Source: Acaryochloris marina MBIC11017 (GTDB lineage Bacteria; Cyanobacteriota; Cyanobacteriia; Thermosynechococcales; Thermosynechococcaceae). Taken from it: a stretch of 32,000 nucleotides of DNA. How positions within the stretch are numbered: the first letter of the stretch is position 1; each line of letters starts with the position of its first letter. A program made the translations under genes and the position numbers. The notes beneath the pieces are model-generated. The model was not told the DNA's origin and did not search any database. It saw only the letters and a list, made by a program, of their open reading frames with translations. Below, piece by piece: positions 17,616-26,368 of this stretch. The stretch is taken from positions 5,250,001 to 5,282,000 of the forward strand of contig NC_009925.1 in assembly GCF_000018105.1 (NCBI RefSeq). Direction: 5' to 3'.

Positions 17616-19301
17616 CTAATCAATCGAAACCCCGCGCACTGTAGCAGCTTGTCGCCGCCCAGCTAGAGGGGCACTGGCGGCAGCTCGTTCCCGTAGACGA
17701 TGGGATTGGAAATGGGCTTGCCATAGGGAAGGGGCATCTAGGGTTTCTCCACCATGGGCGGTTAAGCGTTGGCGCACTTGGCATAAGACAGGGGTGTTGA
17801 CACACATACCTGAGATAATCACCTGGCCTTTAGTCAAAGCAGGCAATTCTTTCAACAAATCGCGACCCGCCGCTTCCACACCATATTTAAGGCTGTCTTG
17901 ATCGACTGGATTGACGATGCGCATAATGAACTGGCTCATGCATTGGGACAAGACATCTGAATCCAGTTTGCCAGGACGTTGAGTAATCAACCCCACCCCT
18001 AAACCGAATTTGCGGCCTTCACTGAGGATGGTGCGAATAACGGCTTTGCAGCGGGAGGGCTCATGGGCCGGTGCAAAACGATGAGCTTCCTCCAGCAGAA
18101 TAAACACCGGATAGGGAAGATAGTTTTCGTCTTCGGCTGTAATTTTTTCTTTCAGGGTATTCATGCGGGCTTGGTTAGCCTGGCGAAGGATGGCCGCACA
18201 AATCACCTGCTGTTCTTCTTGGCTAATTTCGTTCATTTGCAGAACGGTCACCTGCCCCGGCTCAAATAAATCTTGCGGGGTCAGGTGCTCAAAGGCATGG
18301 AAATAGGGAGAATTCGCAAGCTTTTCTAGCTTCCATTCCAGAGCTTGGGCGGAAGAACCGGGCTGCTCATTACCGTTTTTATCTTGAATAACGTCGGCTT
18401 CATTGACCTCATAAATCAAGTCATTGATATCCCAACGGGCATTTTTTCGTTTCCGAGCCTGGAGATTGTTAAAGGCTTTGTTGAGGATGGCTTGCTGGCG
18501 CTCACTCATCTCTGGCAGCAGCATTTTGATATCGGCATAGTTAAGAGAGGAGATCCGAATGGTGATCTGCTCCGGGGTGAGAATTTGGACCTGGGGGGCA
18601 TAGCCATCTTCGCTGCTAAAGGCAGGATGACCGCGCATCGCCTCTAAGGTGCCATATTCACCGTGGGGGTCAAAAATTAGCACAGCTGCCCGATTATAGG
18701 GGCGGAGCAGTTCTTCGATCAGGACGCCAGCGGTATAGGATTTACCGGAGCCTGTCCCCGCCAAAATTGCCATATGGGTACTAACAAGAGCTTTGACATC
18801 GAGGCTAATGGGAACGGCTTCCAAATCTCGCAGCAGTAATGACCCAATGGTGGCTGAGCCCACGTCCCCCACTTGGCGTTTATTCAGAATTCGCCGCAGG
18901 GTCGGATCATCGGCACGATACACTTTAGCCCCTGGCTCGGGGGGCTGGCGAGGGTTCATAAACCCAAGATTGGGGTGGAAGTAGCCGATCACATCCACAG
19001 CGACTTCATAGATTTCGGGGCTGGAGTATTTAAAGCCGATCAGAGAAGCAATGGCGCTAGGGTCGATTTCGGTATCAGCAAAGATGCGATCCGGCAGATG
19101 ATCCACGAGGATGCAGGCTGAAATCTTACCTAATATTTCGACCGGGACATTGTCGGTATGGGTGAGGCGATAGGACACAAACTCGCCAATTTTGATGTGT
19201 TGGGTATCGGCGGTGATAAACACATACTGGTTTCCACTTTCTCCCGGTCCTTTGACCGTGCCAATCACATTGGTGGCCTGTTTGTGTTGCTCTCGAACCA
19301 T
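17616..19301 (-). CDS. HerA/FtsK-superfamily (DUF87) hexameric ATPase/helicase-like protein
   Basis: N-terminal HAS-barrel-like segment (VIGTVKGPGESGNQYVFITADTQHIKIGEFVSY). Walker A ILAGTGSGKSYTAG, Walker B FILLEEAHRFAP, and the C-terminal GVGLITQRPGKLDSDVLSQC. ATG at 19301 preferred; the track uses a TTG at 19316. Confidence 0.85.
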   Translation of the reverse strand: MVREQHKQATNVIGTVKGPGESGNQYVFITADTQHIKIGEFVSYRLTHTDNVPVEILGKISACILVDHLPDRIFADTEIDPSAIASLIGFKYSSPEIYEVAVDVIGYFHPNLGFMNPRQPPEPGAKVYRADDPTLRRILNKRQVGDVGSATIGSLLLRDLEAVPISLDVKALVSTHMAILAGTGSGKSYTAGVLIEELLRPYNRAAVLIFDPHGEYGTLEAMRGHPAFSSEDGYAPQVQILTPEQITIRISSLNYADIKMLLPEMSERQQAILNKAFNNLQARKRKNARWDINDLIYEVNEADVIQDKNGNEQPGSSAQALEWKLEKLANSPYFHAFEHLTPQDLFEPGQVTVLQMNEISQEEQQVICAAILRQANQARMNTLKEKITAEDENYLPYPVFILLEEAHRFAPAHEPSRCKAVIRTILSEGRKFGLGVGLITQRPGKLDSDVLSQCMSQFIMRIVNPVDQDSLKYGVEAAGRDLLKELPALTKGQVIISGMCVNTPVLCQVRQRLTAHGGETLDAPSLWQAHFQSHRLRERAAASAPLAGRRQAATVRGVSID

Positions 19302-19667
19302 AAACCCTGTCCACAAACCGCTTTCTGTTGGCTACATGGTATACGAGGGATGCTAAATTGACACCTTTATTCCTTATCCTGGGCCCCAAAGCGTACAGAA
19401 CTGGGAACTTTGAGGTCCGTTGGAAACGTCTATAGTGATTACGGAGACTGTGATAGAGCCAACAAAGATACAGTGATTAAGATGACACCTCATGGCGATG
19501 GGGTTTGTTAGCCTTTGTAAAGAATCGAGAAGCGTCACAACCGCCAAAATTCCTAAGGGTGGTTTTGCTAAGATGCCAATAACTCAATTTGGCCCTCGAT
19601 CTCACCCTAAAAATCGCCCTTTTGCGTTCCTGCTCTGTTTCAATCTGCCGATGTGGAGTGCATCTGA

Positions 19668-21335
19668 ATGCCAACGCAGCAGTATCATCCCCCAGCAACA
19701 ACCATTGCCAACCGCTATCGCATCGTGCGGGAACTTGGCCAGGGTGGATTTGGCTGTACCTATTTGGTCGAGGATATTCATCGATTCAATGAGCGCTGTG
19801 TCCTCAAAGAATTTGCCCCGGCCAGCGAAAGTAGTGAAATTCTGCTGACGAAGGCAAAAGAGCTATTTGTGCGGGAAGCAGAAGTTCTCTATAAGCTGGA
19901 TCATCCCCAAATTCCTCACTTTCGAGAATGGTTTATGGGGCCGCAGGATCGGTCCCTCTGTCTAGTTCAAGACTATGTCGAAGGGGCCACTTACCAGGCT
20001 TTGTTGCGAGAACGAGTCAAGCAAGGGCAAACTTACACCGAGTCAGAAATCTATCGGTTTCTAACTCAACTTTTGCCGGTACTTGACTACATCCACCGTC
20101 AGGGGTTAATTCATCGGGATATTTCGCCTGATAATCTGATTCAACGACAAGGGGATGGGTTGCCCATTCTGATTGACTTTGGGGGCGTGAAACAAATTAC
20201 GGCCAGTTTTGGCAAGTTTGTAGACCCCAATAACCCGGAGCAAAAATTTGGGGGAACCACCATTTTAGGGAAGCCCGGATATGCACCCGAAGAACAGATT
20301 CGACTAGGGAAAGTCTATGAGCATAGCGATCTCTATGCTTTAGGGGTAACGGCTCTAGTGATGCTGATGGGGCAAGACCCCCAGGCGTTCTATGACGCCA
20401 ATACTCGGACTTTCCAATGGCGACATATCGGCGTGGATGAGGAATTGGCACGGATTTTGGAGACCATGGTGGCAGCCCAAGCCAATGCCCGCTATCCTTC
20501 TGCTCAACGAGCCCTGAGAGATTTAGAACAGCTGGGGCATTTGGCCACGCCTTCTCCCGGACGAAAACTACCTACACCTCCACCGCTCCATCAGACAGAG
20601 CCTGATTTTCCACCACCGCCGCCAACGGATATCGCTGAGTTTAAGGCTGAAGTGACCCAACACACGGTGGTGGCTGAACCCGTGGCCAAAGATCCAGGGG
20701 TGGTCACTAAGGTTGGCAACACAGTCCAAAACTGGACGATTACCCTACTGAAACAAGTGATGATTCTGGGAGCGATCGCAACTCTGTTAGGCGGCGTGAT
20801 CTGGGCGATTCGTGAGCGCATCGAGACAAATGATGTTGCCCCTGTCAGCCAAGAGGAGCCTGCCCAACCCCAAGAGTCACCCTCTCTATCTCGGGAAGAG
20901 TTGTCTCGCAAAGCCCAATTATTCGAGCGGATTGATGCCCTAGGCGTTTCTTCTCGCTACTTCAACCAGGTCACCAACGAAGCCTTTTTCTTGGAATATC
21001 CCAACTACCAGGGGCGAGCCTTGACCCGGAGTGAAGCGGATGCTCCTTTGCGAGAACAATGGGATGAGGTGGGATTTCAGGTTTTAGAAGTTATGGGTAA
21101 GCTTAATCCTGAAGTTCGCGATCGCATCGGCCAATACCAACTGCGAGATCGCCAGCGTTTAGACCAGCAATTGCGTCGCAAAAAGGTCAATAGACGCCGC
21201 TTTTATCGACGAGTAGAAGACGAATTAGTAGATGATTTACCGATGTATCGCAATGTCGATCTTCAAGGCAAACGCGCTCAGCAATTGTGGTTTGCCATTG
21301 CCCAAGATCGATTTTTAGAGCTAGAAGATGATTAG
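19668..21335 (+). CDS. membrane-anchored Hanks-type Ser/Thr protein kinase with a ~180-aa C-terminal domain beyond the TM segment
   Basis: GQGGFGCTYL (P-loop), VLKEF (Lys), HRDISPDN, IDFGG and GYAPEE. A Pro-rich linker is followed by the TM segment ILGAIATLLGGVIWAI and a charged C-terminal domain. Confidence 0.92.
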   Translation: MPTQQYHPPATTIANRYRIVRELGQGGFGCTYLVEDIHRFNERCVLKEFAPASESSEILLTKAKELFVREAEVLYKLDHPQIPHFREWFMGPQDRSLCLVQDYVEGATYQALLRERVKQGQTYTESEIYRFLTQLLPVLDYIHRQGLIHRDISPDNLIQRQGDGLPILIDFGGVKQITASFGKFVDPNNPEQKFGGTTILGKPGYAPEEQIRLGKVYEHSDLYALGVTALVMLMGQDPQAFYDANTRTFQWRHIGVDEELARILETMVAAQANARYPSAQRALRDLEQLGHLATPSPGRKLPTPPPLHQTEPDFPPPPPTDIAEFKAEVTQHTVVAEPVAKDPGVVTKVGNTVQNWTITLLKQVMILGAIATLLGGVIWAIRERIETNDVAPVSQEEPAQPQESPSLSREELSRKAQLFERIDALGVSSRYFNQVTNEAFFLEYPNYQGRALTRSEADAPLREQWDEVGFQVLEVMGKLNPEVRDRIGQYQLRDRQRLDQQLRRKKVNRRRFYRRVEDELVDDLPMYRNVDLQGKRAQQLWFAIAQDRFLELEDD

Positions 21336-21369
21336 TTAAAAGTTCAGTGGAGCTTTGCATGTAAGCGGG

Positions 21370-21888
21370 TTAATCAAAAAGCTGCTGGCGCAGGCAATCG
21401 AATTCTGCATAGGAAAAATCACGGTGCTTCCGATAGGTCTTCTCCTCATAAAGCTTGGCCGTTTTCTCCAGTTGGCAATAAATCAGCTTCACAAAATGGG
21501 CAGCTTTGATATTGAACTCGACCAGGATGGTTTTGGTGCGCTGACTGGATTCAGGAGGGCCTTCCGGGAAGCTGGCGAGTTGGACAGCATACCGATGACG
21601 TTGTTCGTTCAGCTGCTTACACCGGAGGATGTGGCCTCCAGGTTCGTCCCAAAGCAAAAGCTCAATGGCAGGAACCCGATGATGTAGGCTGCTCGCAAGA
21701 TAGCTCAGATCTACGATCGGGTCAGAGAAAACATGCGTGATACAGAAATGATGGATATCTCCCCCCACATAGAAGAGCAAATCGCTCCAGCCATGGGGGC
21801 GAAGAACATACAACAAATCGATATCATCCCCCTGATACAAATTGGTATCTCTCCCTATGAATGCTGAATAAGAGTTTTGATATTGCAC
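21370..21888 (-). CDS. hypothetical protein (172 aa, GTG start, no internal Met)
   Basis: The ORF fills the gap between the kinase and GT2 genes. It is His/Tyr/Asp-rich, and I recognise no family. Confidence 0.45.
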   Translation of the reverse strand: MQYQNSYSAFIGRDTNLYQGDDIDLLYVLRPHGWSDLLFYVGGDIHHFCITHVFSDPIVDLSYLASSLHHRVPAIELLLWDEPGGHILRCKQLNEQRHRYAVQLASFPEGPPESSQRTKTILVEFNIKAAHFVKLIYCQLEKTAKLYEEKTYRKHRDFSYAEFDCLRQQLFD

Positions 21889-22126
21889 CTATTAAAGGCA
21901 ACTCACACCTATTAAATCAGACTTCAGCTTGAGGCTGTCCGGCCCCAGCAAACGCACCATTTCAGCAGGGATCGCCCGAGAGCAGAAACTAATTATCTTC
22001 TCAGATTGAATTAAGCTGGCTCTAGTCTGGGCGAGATAAAATACAGTCCTCCACCTCCTTAAACAGGTCAAGGGGACAAGAATTTATTACAAATTCTGAG
22101 TATATTCAATCAACGAAAAGCATTAT

Positions 22127-23605
22127 ATGGGCATTAGTTTCATTGATGGCATTTCAGGTTTTATTCCTGAGCTATACCTTGGTATTTTGACGCTGATCGC
22201 CATATACAGCTTCCACAAAATTTCGATTATTTGGCGTTATTATCTGCATCGTCGTCGAGAAATTTCACCCCTACACAAATTCTCCGACGCTGACCTGCCC
22301 CAGGTGACCATTCAGCTCCCATTATTTAATGAAATGTATGTGGTCGATCGGCTCCTAGAGGCCGTTGCTGCCCTGGAATATCCCGTTGATAAACTGCAAA
22401 TTCAGGTCTTAGATGACTCGACGGATGAAACGCGAGAGATTTGTCGAGCAAAGGTGCGAGAACTGAAGCAGCGCCACCTCAATATTGACTACATCCATCG
22501 CTGCGATCGCAAAGGGTATAAGGCTGGAGCCCTAGCCTATGGACTCCAGTCCGCCACCGGGGACTTGGTGATGATCTTTGATGCTGATTTTGTCCCGTCC
22601 CCCGATACCTTAATCAACATGGTTCACTATTTTGCCAACCCAAAGGTGGGCATGGTGCAAGCCCGCTGGGGACATATTAATCGCCACTATTCCATCCTCA
22701 CAGAAATCCAAGCCCTAATGTTGGATGGGCATTTTGTCACGGAACAAACATCTCGCAATCGGTCCGGGTGTTTTTTCAATTTCAACGGCACGGCAGGGAT
22801 TTGGCGGATTCAAACCATCGAAGATGCGGGAGGCTGGCAGCATACCACCGTAACGGAGGATTTGGATCTGTCTTATCGAGCCCAGCTCAAAGGATGGGAG
22901 TGCATTTACCTCCCTAATATTGTGGTGCCTGCCGAATTGCCCATGGAGATGAATTCCTTCAAGTCTCAGCAATTTCGATGGGCCAAAGGAGCCAGTCAAG
23001 TGGCGAAAAAGCTGCTGCTACCGATTTTGACCTCGAATGCTCCTGGACATGTAAAGTTAGAAGCCTTTTTTCACCTCACCAATAACTTCAACTACCTGCT
23101 GTTATTGGTTCTACTGCTGTTATCGTTGCCTTACCAGCTCTTTCTCGCCGAAACGGGCTGGCGTTATGGTCTAGCTATCCACCTGCCGTTATTTCTGATT
23201 ACTACCCTCAGTCTATTGGCCTTTTACTCCGTGGCTCAAGAGGAACAACGGGGTCAAAATTCGCCCTGGAAACTCACTTCAAACCTATTTTTACTGATGA
23301 GTGTGGGGATTGGCCTCAGTATCAATCAATCCCTAGCCGTTTATGATGGCCTATTTCGGGTGGGTCGCGATTTTGTCCGCACGCCTAAGCATGGCGTTAC
23401 GAGCAACGAAGAGGATTGGAAAACCAGAAAATACCGCGCCGCCAGAAATTTAGTGCCCTACCTGGAGCTGTCTATGGTGGTGTATCTACTGCTGACCATT
23501 AGCGTAGCGGTCGTCAACGCCCATTACCTATCTCTCCCATTTCTACTGCTGTTCTTGATCGGCTATATCTATGTGCTTTCCCTTAGCATGTTTCAACGCC
23601 GCTAA
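22127..23605 (+). CDS. GT2-family membrane glycosyltransferase, CslA-like; possible monoglucosyldiacylglycerol synthase type
   Basis: 492 aa. VTIQLPLFNEMYVVDR, IQVLDDSTDET, IFDADFVP, TEDLDLSYR and QQFRWAKG (QxxRW), plus N- and C-terminal TM segments. The link to MGlcDG synthase rests only on my recollection that cyanobacterial MgdA is a CslA-like GT2 of this size. Confidence 0.85.
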   Translation: MGISFIDGISGFIPELYLGILTLIAIYSFHKISIIWRYYLHRRREISPLHKFSDADLPQVTIQLPLFNEMYVVDRLLEAVAALEYPVDKLQIQVLDDSTDETREICRAKVRELKQRHLNIDYIHRCDRKGYKAGALAYGLQSATGDLVMIFDADFVPSPDTLINMVHYFANPKVGMVQARWGHINRHYSILTEIQALMLDGHFVTEQTSRNRSGCFFNFNGTAGIWRIQTIEDAGGWQHTTVTEDLDLSYRAQLKGWECIYLPNIVVPAELPMEMNSFKSQQFRWAKGASQVAKKLLLPILTSNAPGHVKLEAFFHLTNNFNYLLLLVLLLLSLPYQLFLAETGWRYGLAIHLPLFLITTLSLLAFYSVAQEEQRGQNSPWKLTSNLFLLMSVGIGLSINQSLAVYDGLFRVGRDFVRTPKHGVTSNEEDWKTRKYRAARNLVPYLELSMVVYLLLTISVAVVNAHYLSLPFLLLFLIGYIYVLSLSMFQRR

Positions 23606-23685
23606 GTCTGCCTAGTTTGGCCCAGCTCGACCGAGGAAAATCGGAGCCGCCGGGGATAAGAGAACGATAAAAAGTGGCCTAGCCC

Positions 23686-25596
23686 CTAAAACAACTTGTG
23701 ATTTCTGTTGGCTAGCATTTCACCGGCTGTTTCGGCATTCACAGGCTTGCAAAACAGATATCCCTGCCCATATTCACACCCTAAGTTTTCCAGCTGATGT
23801 TGCTGCTCTGTCGTTTCAATCCCTTCCGCGACCACATCCATTCCCATGGTTTGGGCCAAGGTGACAATGGCCTGAACAATGGCCACGTTATCGTCTGCGG
23901 CATCCAATCGACAGACAAAGGATCGATCCACCTTCAAGGTATTGACGGGGAACCGATGCAAGTAACTTAAGGAAGAATAGCCTGTACCAAAATCATCAAT
24001 ACTTAAGTGAATCTGGCGGTCTCTTAGCTGATCGAGAATCTTGGCCGCGGAGTCAGAATTCTCCATAATGGCGCTTTCGGTAATTTCCAACTTTAGGCAC
24101 TGGGTCGGAAGTTGGGTCTCTGCCAAAATTTGGTCAATGGTTTCGATCAGGTTGGGTTGAGAGAATTGCTTAACGGATAAATTGACGCTCATGGTCAAGG
24201 GAATATCCGTGACATTGTTGGATTGCCATTCATTCAGCTGACGACAGGCTTCCCGTAACACCCATTCCCCTAGGGGAATAATGAGGCCTGTATCCTCAGC
24301 TAGGGGAATAAATTTCCCTGGGGAAACAAAGCCTAGCTCTGGGCTGATCCAGCGGACTAGGGCTTCAAACCCCGTAATCATGCCTGTATCCAGAGCCACA
24401 ATCGGTTGATAGTTGAGAATAAATTCTTGCCGTTCGATGGCCCGACGTAAATCTGTTTCTAGTTGTAGAGAACTTTGGACATCTTCATGCATGCTGGCAT
24501 TGAAGACGATATGCCGCGCCTTGCCCATGGCTTTGGCTCGATACATGGCGGTATCGGCATCCCGCAACATTTCAGTGGGTTGCTGATAGTCTGGGCTGCT
24601 CATGACAATGCCGATACTGGCAGAGACAAAGAATTCGTTGTCGCCAATATGAAACGGCTCTAGTAAACTGCGTTGAATGGCATCTGCAATATTGATGGCT
24701 TGCTGCTCGTTGGAGACATTTTTGAGCAGAATCGTAAATTCATCGCCTCCTAAGCGGGCTAGGAGTTGATCGCCCACACAGCGCTGGAACCGTTTTGCGA
24801 TCGCAACTAAAAATTGGTCCCCGACTAAATGTCCCAAGGAATCGTTAATAGACTTGAAGCGATCACAATCCAGAAACAGCAGCGCAAAGGATTGATCGGT
24901 CTGTTTTTGGGTGTCCTGAATCGTTTCTTCGAGACAGGTGAGGAACAACGTCCGGTTGGGCAGATCCGTCAACGGATCGTGCATGGCCATATGTTTTAAT
25001 TGCTGCTGTACTTTCTCCCGCTCAGCAATTTCCTGATTCAGCCGCTCCGTCCGCTGAACTACTCTTTGCTCTAAGTCAGCATTAAGGGCTTGGATTTGGG
25101 CTTCAGCAGCGATGCGATCGCGCACCTCGGCCTGCAGTCGTTCATTTTGTTTACGCTGTTCTTTTTGCAGCCGACCAATGGTCAGTTGATTTTCCACCCG
25201 AGCCAAAATCTCAGCCAATTGAAAGGGCTTGGTGATATAGTCCACCCCACCCACCGTGAACGCTTTGACCTTATCCAAGGCATCGTCTAAGGCGCTAATA
25301 AAAATGACTGGGATATCTTGCGTTAAGGCTTCTGATTTCAAGCGTTCACAAACGGTATAGCCATCCATTTCTGGCATCTTGATATCCAGCAAGATCAAGT
25401 CGGGCATAATGTTCCTTGCCCCAATCAGTGCCATGGAACCATTGGCGGCCCCTCGCACTTGATAGCCTTGTTTAGTCAACGCCGTGGATAAGATTTGTAA
25501 GTTGTGGGGCGTATCATCAACAATCAAAATCAAGCCTTTCGACTCGTCATCTGTAGGCAAATCCACCGTTTGGGATGCAGGTGTATTCAGTGTCAT
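23686..25596 (-). CDS. response-regulator receiver / coiled-coil / GGDEF / EAL c-di-GMP signalling protein
   Basis: REC domain (ILIVDDTP..DLILLDIKMPEMDG..ISALD..KPF). GGDEF domain (RLGGDEFTILL, with RxxD-like context). EAL domain (FEALVRW, DDFGTGYSSLSYL, EGIET, QGYLF). Confidence 0.95.
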   Translation of the reverse strand: MTLNTPASQTVDLPTDDESKGLILIVDDTPHNLQILSTALTKQGYQVRGAANGSMALIGARNIMPDLILLDIKMPEMDGYTVCERLKSEALTQDIPVIFISALDDALDKVKAFTVGGVDYITKPFQLAEILARVENQLTIGRLQKEQRKQNERLQAEVRDRIAAEAQIQALNADLEQRVVQRTERLNQEIAEREKVQQQLKHMAMHDPLTDLPNRTLFLTCLEETIQDTQKQTDQSFALLFLDCDRFKSINDSLGHLVGDQFLVAIAKRFQRCVGDQLLARLGGDEFTILLKNVSNEQQAINIADAIQRSLLEPFHIGDNEFFVSASIGIVMSSPDYQQPTEMLRDADTAMYRAKAMGKARHIVFNASMHEDVQSSLQLETDLRRAIERQEFILNYQPIVALDTGMITGFEALVRWISPELGFVSPGKFIPLAEDTGLIIPLGEWVLREACRQLNEWQSNNVTDIPLTMSVNLSVKQFSQPNLIETIDQILAETQLPTQCLKLEITESAIMENSDSAAKILDQLRDRQIHLSIDDFGTGYSSLSYLHRFPVNTLKVDRSFVCRLDAADDNVAIVQAIVTLAQTMGMDVVAEGIETTEQQHQLENLGCEYGQGYLFCKPVNAETAGEMLANRNHKLF

Positions 25597-25923
25597 GGCT
25601 AAATTCGGCTAAAAAAGGAGTGGAACGAGATGCTCAGCTTGCACTTTAGTGTACCCAGTTCGGATACTTCAGGAACTTTCGACACGACAGAAGAAAGCAA
25701 TTTAATCATTAGCGACGATCCCCCTTTTATGGATTTCGCTCACTTAAGAATGATCTAAGATCCACGCACCTACTATTTTGGACATAATTACTAGTTTTTG
25801 TCTTTAATTCATAAATCTTCAGCATAATTCTTTAAATAAGAAGTCTACTGGATAAAGACTTCATTGTTGTTCGTTTTGTTGGCAATAGTCCTCCTAAAGT
25901 TCGTGGATCTCGAACCTCACCTT

Positions 25924-26295
25924 TTATTCATCAACTAGGTCAATCCAGACCTTGCAACCTTTGCTGGCTGGGCAATTTGATAACAATAGATTGACTATGA
26001 AATCACTATCATAAGGGGCTGTAATCTTAGGATTAGTATTGGTCTTAGTGTCTTGATGGACTGTTTTTTTTGTCATTGCATCATATAGAAATAAATCAAT
26101 GTCAAAGCAGTCTTCACTACAACCCGCTGCCATCGTTTCATTCTCAGACAAATATTGTTCGAGAGTGAAAGATTCTCCTTGCTGGAGCCACATGGAATAT
26201 TCATGGACTTCAGCGGCATAACTCATCCTTGCTGGCACAAAAATGACCAGCAAAAATAGGGAACAAACAATTAGGTATTTCAAAATATCTTTCAT
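25924..26295 (-). CDS. small secreted 4-Cys protein, PPC (pre-peptidase C-terminal)-like beta-sandwich candidate
   Basis: From ATG 26295: signal peptide MKDILKYLIVCSLFLLVIFVPARMSYA/AEV. The mature ~97 aa carry DIDLFLYD, which resembles the DxDLyLyD motif of PPC domains. It lies 73 nt downstream of the giant gene on the same strand. Confidence 0.55.
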   Translation of the reverse strand: MKDILKYLIVCSLFLLVIFVPARMSYAAEVHEYSMWLQQGESFTLEQYLSENETMAAGCSEDCFDIDLFLYDAMTKKTVHQDTKTNTNPKITAPYDSDFIVNLLLSNCPASKGCKVWIDLVDE

Positions 26296-26368
26296 GATTC
26301 CAATCAACAGGCGTTGCAAATGACATGGCAGGCAAAATCGATTAGGGATTTTGCCCAAGACATAGTGT

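Noticed and set aside
19317-19848. Small ORFs between and overlapping the HerA-like and kinase gene starts (19126..19389, 19158..19361, 19477..19701, 19492..19848, 19589..19792); checked as possible NurA-like or other partner genes
   Set aside because: All are under 120 aa, Arg/Cys/His-rich, mutually overlapping or overlapping the kinase start. None approaches the size or composition of a nuclease partner.
25899-25915. tRNA T-arm-like sequence on the minus strand (GGTTCGAGATCC within GTTCG-AGATCCA-CGAAC)
   Set aside because: Only a 5-bp hairpin is present. The residues flanking a TTCGAGA loop do not pair as a T-stem, and I could not build acceptor, D or anticodon arms. It is probably a weak hairpin after the small gene stop.
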